A stretch of 64,000 bases of DNA from positions 52,631 to 116,630 of the forward strand of contig JAJFLB010000034.1 in assembly GCA_021772915.1 (NCBI GenBank), in the 5' to 3' direction. Shown here piece by piece: positions 54,774 through 62,648 of this stretch. The first letter of the stretch is position 1; each line of letters starts with the position of its first letter. This DNA is from Gammaproteobacteria bacterium (GTDB lineage Bacteria > Pseudomonadota > Gammaproteobacteria > Xanthomonadales > SZUA-36). Both the position numbers and the translations under genes were made by a program. The notes beneath the pieces are model-generated. The model worked only from the letters and a program-made list of their open reading frames with translations, did no database searches and was not told where the DNA came from.

Positions 54774-56579
54774 ATGCGTCAGGGCTGGGTATTGAGCTTG
54801 TTTCTCCTGGCAGCCGTGGATACTCTCGCCGCAGAAAACGTGGCGGACACACCACATAATCTGTCGGTGACCGGACCCGGCCCGTTCAGAAGCCAATCCG
54901 AAGACCGGATTTGTATTTTTTGCCACACACCCCACAGTTCAGCACCCGATGCACCCTTGTGGAACCGGCAGTCCGTTGGTTATACGAATTACCAAAGCAC
55001 TACGATGGACGCAAGCGCAGGACAACCCGGTGGATCTTCAATACTTTGCCTGTCATGCCACGATGGCACAATTGCACTTGGGGACATGTTCGGCAGCAAC
55101 CCAAACGTCACCGACCTGCAAGGAACATTCCTCACCGGCAGGTCAAACCTGGGACCTGATCTGTCCAACGATCATCCGGTTGGAATCATCTACGACAGCA
55201 GTCTGCTATCTTCGGATCCGGAACTGGTCAACCCCTCAAGTGTGGACCTGCCGCTCCACAATAGTGAGATTCAGTGCGTCTCCTGCCACGACGCGCACAA
55301 CAATACAACTCCGCCATTTCTCCAAAAACCGACGCTGAACGGTGAGCTCTGTATGAGCTGCCATGTATTTTCTGGTGCGGACTGGAGCTGGACAGATGGT
55401 TCGCACGCAGTTTCCGGAGCAACACCCGGGGGGGCGGACCCCTGGCCAGAACGCAAAGCTGCGTGGAAAGGACAGGACGTTAGTGAAAACGCGTGTATGA
55501 ATTGCCACGCACCACACAATGCGGCTACGCCAGCCAGGCTGGTCAAGGACCTGGAGGAAGCAACCTGCTACCGGTGCCATGACGGCAGTGTTGCCACACA
55601 GAACATTCAGGTCGAACTACAGAACTTTTACCGTCACCCTGTGGAGCAGACTCCCAGCCTGGCCCACAATGCCGCCCGTGAAGAAAATCCACTCACTATG
55701 GCCCTGCACGCAGAATGCGAGGACTGTCACAACCCGCACGCCAGCAGTGGCAACGCCGCATGGCCAATGATTTCATTCAACCCATCCAACCCAACGGGGT
55801 CAAACCACACTACCGCACCCTTTATTAATGGCAGTCTTGCCGGCACCAGCGGTATCGACGCCAATGGGGCATTCAAACCTGAGGCTGAATACGAGTACGA
55901 GGTCTGTTTCAAGTGCCATGGAGTTCCCGGGGATAATGCCTGCGACTATCGCCGTTGCTCAACACCCAGGACATACGACATGTCACGTAGCGATGGTGTT
56001 TACAACCTGCGCGAAAAGCTCGATCCCGGCAACCCGGCGTTGATCTCCTACCATCCTGTTGCCGGTAACAACCCGAGCAACAACAGCGAAGTTCCCAGTC
56101 TTCGAAATGATATACCCCTGAATCGCACCATAAGCCACATTTATTGCAGCGATTGCCACGGTAGCAGTATCTCACCTGCTGCCGGCGGGGCAGGTCCGAG
56201 CGGGCCGCATGGTTCCAGCAACGAAGGCATGCTCGCTTTGCGGTATGAATTTAACCCTCAGTCCAGTTTTAGTAGCTCTGCGGATAACCTCTGCTTCAAG
56301 TGCCACGACAGCGGCAGCCTGTTCAGCGACGAGTCTTTTCCCCACGAGGAGCACGTTCTCAAAGAGGACACCTCCTGTATCAACTGCCACGACCCACATG
56401 GTTCGGCTGTATATCCCCACCTGATCAATTTTCTGCTCACTTCCAGTTTTGCCGGCCAAGCTTTTGAGATTACGGGTGAAGGTGACTTTAATGAACCGAC
56501 CTGGATTGATGACGGGCAGTTTAGGGGTACCTGTTACTTGAATTGCCACGGTGAAAAGCACGACGGAGAGAGCTATTGA
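54774..56579 (+). CDS. Multihaem c-type cytochrome, 11 CxxCH + 1 CxxxCH sites
   Basis: Signal peptide. CIFCH, CLSCH, CVSCH, CMSCH, CMNCH, CYRCH, CEDCH, CFKCH, CSDCH, CFKCH, CINCH and terminal CYLNCH. The first roughly 200 aa are homologous to the two tetrahaem proteins. Confidence 0.85.
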   Translation: MRQGWVLSLFLLAAVDTLAAENVADTPHNLSVTGPGPFRSQSEDRICIFCHTPHSSAPDAPLWNRQSVGYTNYQSTTMDASAGQPGGSSILCLSCHDGTIALGDMFGSNPNVTDLQGTFLTGRSNLGPDLSNDHPVGIIYDSSLLSSDPELVNPSSVDLPLHNSEIQCVSCHDAHNNTTPPFLQKPTLNGELCMSCHVFSGADWSWTDGSHAVSGATPGGADPWPERKAAWKGQDVSENACMNCHAPHNAATPARLVKDLEEATCYRCHDGSVATQNIQVELQNFYRHPVEQTPSLAHNAAREENPLTMALHAECEDCHNPHASSGNAAWPMISFNPSNPTGSNHTTAPFINGSLAGTSGIDANGAFKPEAEYEYEVCFKCHGVPGDNACDYRRCSTPRTYDMSRSDGVYNLREKLDPGNPALISYHPVAGNNPSNNSEVPSLRNDIPLNRTISHIYCSDCHGSSISPAAGGAGPSGPHGSSNEGMLALRYEFNPQSSFSSSADNLCFKCHDSGSLFSDESFPHEEHVLKEDTSCINCHDPHGSAVYPHLINFLLTSSFAGQAFEITGEGDFNEPTWIDDGQFRGTCYLNCHGEKHDGESY

Positions 56580-56588
56580 CTCGGTTTT

Positions 56589-56617
56589 CTTACACAAGTG
56601 GGCTCTGCCTGTGTAAG
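56589..56617 (+). terminator. Hairpin after the multihaem gene (possible terminator)
   Basis: cttacaca-N13-tgtgtaag, followed by only a weak T-rich tract (ggcattcttaatt). Confidence 0.35.
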
Positions 56618-56734
56618 GGCATTCTTAATTCCAGTTGATCTCAGTCAAGTAGTGGTGCTGCTGCATTTCATACAATGCGGGTATCAGCTTTGGTGTAATT
56701 CAGTTTCTCCACAGACTGGGCAACTAGCAAATAC

Positions 56735-57433
56735 ATGTTTACTATATTGAAAGCAATCCTTGTCATCGGCACGCTCTTGCTTTTTGCAACTGCTATTTCG
56801 GCCAATGAACAAAGCCTCAAAACTGGTGCGGTCGCTGAGACCATGGCCGTCGGTTCTTATGTTTACGCACGTGTTGAGGATAACAACCTTTGGTTGGCTG
56901 CGCCTTTTGTTCCAGTTGCGGTTGGAGACACGATTAAGTTTGCGGGTGGCGCCATGATGAAGGACTTTTACAGCCCTGTATTGGAGCGCACATTTGAAGA
57001 TATTCTTTTTGTGCCGAAACTCGAAGTCATTCAGCAAGTCAATGTAGAAGATCACGCCAACACCATGGCCCACGAACCCATCGGTATTACAAGTAGCGAG
57101 GTCGCGACCGTTCCGAAAGCAGGTGAAATCGAACCCCTGTCAGGTGGAAAAACAATAGCCAGCATCTACTCGGAGCAATCGCAGTTACAGAATCAGAAAG
57201 TCGCCATACGCGCCCGGGTAATGAAGGTCAGTCTGAATATTCTCGGCAAGAACTGGATTACGTTGCAGGATGGTTCCGGTGTTGCACCAGACGATCAACT
57301 GATAGCAACGAGCTCAGAGGTCGTCAGTATCGGAGAACTGGTTACCGTAGAAGCCGTTGTTCGGAACAATGTTGACCTGGGCTCAGGTTATAACTACAGG
57401 TTGCTGCTGGAAAACGCTTCTTTTACCCAATGA
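56735..57433 (+). CDS. Exported hypothetical protein with two OB-fold-like halves
   Basis: Signal peptide MFTILKAILVIGTLLLFATAISA. Internal similarity between (VGSYVYARVEDNNLWLAAP...GDTIKF) and (KVAIRARVMKVSLNILGKNWITLQDGSG...GELVTV). Confidence 0.5.
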   Translation: MFTILKAILVIGTLLLFATAISANEQSLKTGAVAETMAVGSYVYARVEDNNLWLAAPFVPVAVGDTIKFAGGAMMKDFYSPVLERTFEDILFVPKLEVIQQVNVEDHANTMAHEPIGITSSEVATVPKAGEIEPLSGGKTIASIYSEQSQLQNQKVAIRARVMKVSLNILGKNWITLQDGSGVAPDDQLIATSSEVVSIGELVTVEAVVRNNVDLGSGYNYRLLLENASFTQ

Positions 57434-57479
57434 CTTTAGTCCAAAATAAAAATACACCTGGACCCCCTAACTGTCATGG

Positions 57480-58112
57480 GTGGCGATGCTGTTTCAGCCG
57501 GAGGGATTCACCATGACTTCTGAAGCACCGGGAAAGTGGCAAGTGTCACATGCTGAGTTGAGTTCACGAGTATTAGCAGATACAAGGCGACCAACTAAAC
57601 ACGGGCAGGGGCAGCTGTTGCTCCCCTTAATTTTATTTGTAATCGTTTTACTACTACTTATTTTGGACATCGCGGACGACCTGACCGTAGGCGTTTCACA
57701 AATGCACATCGTGGTCGAGAGTCTGTTGTCGGTGGCAGCTGCCATAGGTGCAGTATATTTTTACTGTTTGCTGCGAGCCTTACGAGAGGAGAATAAAGAA
57801 ATTCGGCAAAGCCTCAGTCGAGCCCGTTCAGAAGCTATGCATTGGCGGGAAAGGGAACGGGAGGTACTCAGTAATCTGCGGTCGTCGATCGGCACCCAAC
57901 TTAGAGATTGGGGCTTATCGCCCAAGCAGATGGAAATCGCTTTTTTGCTGCTTAATGGCTCGAGATTGAAGGAAATTGCGGAATTGAAGGGGAGTACATT
58001 CAAATCAGTAAAACAGCAGGCCCACATCATTTACCGCAAGGCCGGACTGGAAAGCCGCTCCGAGCTTTCAGCGTTTTTCCTGGGGGGGCTGATTGACCCC
58101 TTTCAGCCCTGA
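57480..58112 (+). CDS. Membrane-anchored LuxR/FixJ-type HTH regulator (2 TM + coiled coil + HTH, no receiver domain)
   Basis: TM segments LLLPLILFVIVLLLLILDI and VVESLLSVAAAIGAVYFYCLL. C-terminal LSPKQMEIAFLLLNGSRLKEIAELKGSTFKSVKQQAHIIYRKAGL. Start ambiguous (57480 GTG, 57486 or 57513 ATG). Confidence 0.7.
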   Translation: MAMLFQPEGFTMTSEAPGKWQVSHAELSSRVLADTRRPTKHGQGQLLLPLILFVIVLLLLILDIADDLTVGVSQMHIVVESLLSVAAAIGAVYFYCLLRALREENKEIRQSLSRARSEAMHWREREREVLSNLRSSIGTQLRDWGLSPKQMEIAFLLLNGSRLKEIAELKGSTFKSVKQQAHIIYRKAGLESRSELSAFFLGGLIDPFQP

Positions 58113-58121
58113 TTAACAGCC

Positions 58122-59636
58122 CTATAAACCTCTTGAAGCGCGGTTGACAGCGGTGATCAAAGCACGGCCCTTGTTACGGGTTTCTTCCCACTCTTTTCCG
58201 GCATCGGAATCGGCCACGATGCCGGCACCGGCCTGTACATGCAGCTTGCCCTCGTGGATGACGGCGGTGCGGATGGCAATGGCCAGATCGGTATCATCGT
58301 GCCAGCTGATATAACCCACTGCCCCTGCGTAGATATTGCGTTTCACGGGCTCGAGCTCGTTGATGATTTCCATGGCCCTTATCTTGGGTGCGCCGGATAG
58401 GGTCCCCGCTGGAAACGCGGCACGAATGGCGTCCATGGCACACAACCCCCGCGCGAGATCAGCCTGCACTTCCGAGACAATGTGCATGACGTGGGAATAG
58501 CTCTCTATAATCATTTGGTCGGTCATCTCAACACTGCCGGTTGCCGCGACCCGACCCGCATCATTACGCGCCAGGTCTATCAACATCAGGTGTTCCGCAC
58601 GCTCTTTTGGATCCGCCAGCAATTCCTCCGCCAGCACCTGGTCCTCAGCAGGAGTTTTGCCGCGATGACGGGTGCCGGCAATCGGCCGCAAGGTCACACG
58701 GCGATTCTGTACCCTAACCAGTACTTCCGGAGAAGAGCCGACGATCTGGGTATCACCCAGGTCAACAAAATACATATATGGTGATGGGTTCAGGGCCCGC
58801 AAAGCACGGTAAACATCCAGCGGCCGCGCTTGAAAGGGAACACTCATGCGTTGTGACAAAACCACCTGGAAGATGTCGCCCGCGAGGATGTATTGCTTGC
58901 TTTTCTCCACAGCTGCGACAAAGTCCGCCCGATTGAATCCGTAAGTGAAATCCCGCTCTCCCACGGCCTCACCGGAAGCCCCAAGGCCGTAACCGGTACC
59001 CCCTGAGCGCAAACGCCGTTCCAATTCGTCCAGTTTTTGCTGGGCCCGGTCAAAAGCACCCTCCTGACCGGGATCTGCATGCACGATCAGCCAAAGACGA
59101 CCCTCAAGATTGTCCAGAACCGCGACTTCCTCTGAAAGCAACAACTCGATATCAGCAGTACCCAGGTCGTCCTGCTTGTCACCAGTTGCAAGCTTTGGCT
59201 CAATCAGTTGCACGGTCTCATAGGCAAAATAACCGACCAAACCACCACTGAATAAAGGCAGTTCATCCAGCTGCGGCACATTGAACTCACCTTGCAGTTC
59301 AGCGATTCGCGCCAGGGGGTCGGCAACGGCTTGCTGGTGCACCTGCCGGCCACCCTCGGAATGGATCAGACTGTTGCCACGAACGGTGTAGCGGTGTCGA
59401 CAAGGTAGGCCAATGATCGAATACCGGCCCCAGGTTTCACCCCCGACTACTGATTCGAACAGATAAGAATCGGCGCCTTCGGCCAGCTTCAGGTAAACCG
59501 ACAGGGGGGTGTCAAGGTCTGCCAGCACCGATCTGTATACCGGGATGCGGTTGTAGCCCTCACCGCATAATTGTTCAAATCGTTCTTTGTTCACTTCCTG
59601 TCCCAGTGTAGCGTCCCGAAGCCATTGTGCAGCCAC
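58122..59636 (-). CDS. trpE: Anthranilate synthase component I
   Basis: 504 aa; LESV..GE.WGRYS, GAPK.RAMEII.ELE, RN.YAGAVGY motifs. Confidence 0.95.
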   Translation of the reverse strand: MAAQWLRDATLGQEVNKERFEQLCGEGYNRIPVYRSVLADLDTPLSVYLKLAEGADSYLFESVVGGETWGRYSIIGLPCRHRYTVRGNSLIHSEGGRQVHQQAVADPLARIAELQGEFNVPQLDELPLFSGGLVGYFAYETVQLIEPKLATGDKQDDLGTADIELLLSEEVAVLDNLEGRLWLIVHADPGQEGAFDRAQQKLDELERRLRSGGTGYGLGASGEAVGERDFTYGFNRADFVAAVEKSKQYILAGDIFQVVLSQRMSVPFQARPLDVYRALRALNPSPYMYFVDLGDTQIVGSSPEVLVRVQNRRVTLRPIAGTRHRGKTPAEDQVLAEELLADPKERAEHLMLIDLARNDAGRVAATGSVEMTDQMIIESYSHVMHIVSEVQADLARGLCAMDAIRAAFPAGTLSGAPKIRAMEIINELEPVKRNIYAGAVGYISWHDDTDLAIAIRTAVIHEGKLHVQAGAGIVADSDAGKEWEETRNKGRALITAVNRASRGL

Positions 59637-59704
59637 GGGTTGCCTCTGAAAGTAACATTAATTGCGCTGCAGTTCACGGGGCTGAAGAACCGATTCCAAC
59701 GGCG

Positions 59705-61717
59705 TCAGGACACGGGCAGTCTGATCGTGAATTCCACCCCGTCACCGTTTGGCAGATTACACGCACTGACCGTCCCGCCGTGCACCTCGGCAACCAACCG
59801 GACGATGTAAAGACCCAGACCCAGATGTCGGCCACTGCCCCGTTTTTTGCGCAGGGAAACCAGTGAATCGAACAACTGGTCGTGTAACACATCCGGTAGC
59901 CGGGTGCCGCTGTTGCGTACGGCAAGCAGACACGCTTCACCGTCAGCCTGCAATGAGATGTCCACCGAACAGTCCGGCGCGCTCAGGGTGATGGCGTTGT
60001 CCACCAGCTTGTCCAGTGCTTGCGCAATCAACTCCGGTGCGCAATGCAGCTCACACCCATCAGCGGGCAGGTTCAGATTAATCGTTCGCTCGGGGTTTAC
60101 TGTCCGGTAGGCGGCGACACAATGACCCAGCATTTCACCCAGATCAAGGTTCTCCCACTCAGCCGTGCGGGTAGCACCCTCAAGTTGCTGGGCCTCGCTC
60201 ATCGCACGAACGATAGCGGCCTGACGGTCTAATCCTTCCCGAGCGCGTAACAGGTATTGCTGTGCCTGCGGGTCCAGGTCCTGGGTGGCCAGGTTGTCCA
60301 GCGATGAGCGTGTAATCGCCAGCGGGGTCTTGAGCTCGTGGGAAAGACGACCGGCCAGCTTTTGCAAATAGCGTGTGTATTCGGCCACTGCCCGCAGTAA
60401 TTTTTGGGTATTGCGTGCCAATTCACCCAACTCATCACCGGCATCCGTCACCGGCAGCCTGGGCACACGCCCTGTGTCATCCATGGCCCGGCTTACCGCA
60501 GCACTGAGCTTTTGCACCCGGCGGGAGAGCCGGGATGCAAATAACCACAATCCGGCACCCAGCACCACCACGAGTGACAACGCAATAAGCGACAAGCGGC
60601 CCAGCGCACGATTGGTCAGCATCAGCAAGCCTTCGGAACTCGCCTCCATGACCACCACACCTACCAACTCACGCTCTGACATCACGGGTACGGCAACACG
60701 GTTAAACACCGCAGCACTGTCTGCGTCCCGACTCCAGAGTTTTCCATCGTCCCCGGCAAGGGCTGTTTGCACAGCCCCGGACCGCAGACGTACCGGCCAG
60801 TCCGCTTGGTTGCCACGAAGTTGCATTCGGGAGTCGGCAACCCCCTGGTAGATCATACGTTGCACCCAGGTCAACTCACTTTCGTAGGTGGCCTGAGCCG
60901 GTCCGGAATCTGCCATCACCCAACCGTCCGATTGCAACAACCAGACGCGGGATTTTTGCGGCACCACATTGGCCAACCAGTGTGCAATCTCGTCATCACG
61001 GCTGACCAGCTCCAGCCAGCGTCCCTGTGCTCTGCCCTGCAAGGTGCCGGCATAACGTTCGGCCGAGCGTCCTTGCATGGTAAAAGCAGGTGCAATCGCA
61101 CCAACACTGACACGTTCCACCCCGGCAGGCAGGTCCAGTTCAACCTGGTATCCATCTACAGTATCCATCCATCCAGCCTCCAGACGAGCGCTGCCAACGG
61201 CGAGACTGGTTATCGTCAGTGGTCCCGGTGCTTCTGTCGATATCATAAAGGCTTGCTGGCTGCGGTTACTCTGCAGATACAACATCACGCCCGCGCGTTG
61301 CCCTGCTTGCGCAGATTCTGTGTTAAATGTGGTTGCCCGGATGTCACCCGGATCAGTCACTTTTAAGGCAAGGTAAAAACGCCCACCGTGACGTCCGGCC
61401 AACACATTCAGCTTAAGCACGGCACCAGCAGCCTCAAATTCAAGACTCTCTGCAGGCTCCGGCCAGTCTGTCAGGTAACCATCAAGAATGGGGGCGGACG
61501 ACAATTGACGAAAAGGCAATACCTGTCCCCGCACGTGGCCGAGCATCGACCGGACACCCTGTGGCAACGCCAGAGCCAGCGTTTTTGTAGACGCCAGCAA
61601 AGCATCTTCCTCACCTTCACGTAAGAAATTCTCCAATTCCTGTACCAGTTTCCACCCGGAAAATGGCAGCAACAGGGTAATCAATGACAGGGCCAGAAGC
61701 TGGTTACGCAGACGCAC
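59705..61717 (-). CDS. Sensor histidine kinase, probably the dedicated-sortase-system kinase of marine proteobacteria
   Basis: Large periplasmic N-domain, HAMP, H-box RLSHELKTPLA, HATPase (DNAITLS, GLGLYIV). It lies next to the RR and the VIT-vWA target. Confidence 0.8.
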   Translation of the reverse strand: MRLRNQLLALSLITLLLPFSGWKLVQELENFLREGEEDALLASTKTLALALPQGVRSMLGHVRGQVLPFRQLSSAPILDGYLTDWPEPAESLEFEAAGAVLKLNVLAGRHGGRFYLALKVTDPGDIRATTFNTESAQAGQRAGVMLYLQSNRSQQAFMISTEAPGPLTITSLAVGSARLEAGWMDTVDGYQVELDLPAGVERVSVGAIAPAFTMQGRSAERYAGTLQGRAQGRWLELVSRDDEIAHWLANVVPQKSRVWLLQSDGWVMADSGPAQATYESELTWVQRMIYQGVADSRMQLRGNQADWPVRLRSGAVQTALAGDDGKLWSRDADSAAVFNRVAVPVMSERELVGVVVMEASSEGLLMLTNRALGRLSLIALSLVVVLGAGLWLFASRLSRRVQKLSAAVSRAMDDTGRVPRLPVTDAGDELGELARNTQKLLRAVAEYTRYLQKLAGRLSHELKTPLAITRSSLDNLATQDLDPQAQQYLLRAREGLDRQAAIVRAMSEAQQLEGATRTAEWENLDLGEMLGHCVAAYRTVNPERTINLNLPADGCELHCAPELIAQALDKLVDNAITLSAPDCSVDISLQADGEACLLAVRNSGTRLPDVLHDQLFDSLVSLRKKRGSGRHLGLGLYIVRLVAEVHGGTVSACNLPNGDGVEFTIRLPVS

Positions 61718-61720
61718 GAG

Positions 61721-62419
61721 CTATCTCCCGGGGTTGTTCCACCGGTATCCGGCGCCGTAAACCGTATCGAGTTGTGCAAACGACGGATCGATAAATTTGA
61801 ATTTGCGGCGGATACGTTTCACATGACTGGTAATGGTCTGGTCATCGACCAGGATGTTGGCATCATCCATCAATTGTTGCCGTGAACGGACGTGGCCGGG
61901 ATGACGCGCCAGCGAATGAACAATCCACAACTCAGTGACCGTCAGTGGTACGGTATTTGCTTCCCATTGCACCTCCATGCGTTCGGCCGACAAACGCAAT
62001 TTGCCGCGTTCCAGCCAACTGCCCACCGTTTGTTCCCCGGATAACATCTCCACACGACGAAACAAAGCCACAATCCTGGCCATCAGGTGCGGCAAACTGA
62101 TGTCCTTGGTCAGATAGTCGTCAGCACCCAGTCTGAGCCCGGATATTACGTCCAGGTCAGAATCACGGGCAGTCAGGAACATGATCGGCAGCACCCGTGA
62201 CATGGCACGCAATTCCCGGCATAGCTCAAATCCGCCTTCAACATCATCCCCCAACCCAACATCAATAATGACCAGATCGGGTAAACGTCGACGAAACGCC
62301 TCCAATGCGAGACGGCGCTCTCCGTAGCCGGTCACCTGGTAACCCTGATGACGCAGTGCGTCTTCATAGTTGTAGCGAATGGCAGCCTCGTCCTCAACGA
62401 TTGCAATACGTCGCGTCAT
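61721..62419 (-). CDS. OmpR-family response regulator (dedicated-sortase-system type)
   Basis: Receiver IAIVEDE...DLVIIDVGL...TKD plus a winged helix LTVTELWIVHSLARHPGHVRSRQQL. Confidence 0.9.
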   Translation of the reverse strand: MTRRIAIVEDEAAIRYNYEDALRHQGYQVTGYGERRLALEAFRRRLPDLVIIDVGLGDDVEGGFELCRELRAMSRVLPIMFLTARDSDLDVISGLRLGADDYLTKDISLPHLMARIVALFRRVEMLSGEQTVGSWLERGKLRLSAERMEVQWEANTVPLTVTELWIVHSLARHPGHVRSRQQLMDDANILVDDQTITSHVKRIRRKFKFIDPSFAQLDTVYGAGYRWNNPGR

Positions 62420-62554
62420 AGCATTCCTTTTCGTGATGGACCTCTGAATCCGTAGTTATCCCATGGACGGAGTACTAGTGTAGTGCTTCGGTGCTGCCAC
62501 CGCATACCCAATGGGTTGTCAATTCTGAAAAATTGAGCCGGCGCCATAGTTTCG

Positions 62555-62588
62555 CCTCATTCCGGCCCCCGCCTGACCTCATTCGGCC
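62555..62588 (+). promoter_or_regulatory. Direct repeat pair in the divergent RR / target-gene intergenic region (candidate RR binding site)
   Basis: cctcattccggcc (62555-62567) and cctcattcggcc (62577-62588), starts 22 bp apart, 60-95 bp upstream of the ATG at 62649. Confidence 0.3.
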
Positions 62589-62648
62589 ACAGCCAGTGCA
62601 CCTCACCGCGCTTAAATAACACGCAACCGAGGAACCAGGATTTTGATC

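Noticed and set aside
47253-58121. Possibility that the trpE-trpG insert is a pyocin/phage-tail-like cluster, as in Pseudomonas aeruginosa
   Set aside because: No tail sheath, tube, baseplate, holin or lysis-like products are present. All recognisable products are cytochromes, NHL lipoproteins, a barrel and a regulator.
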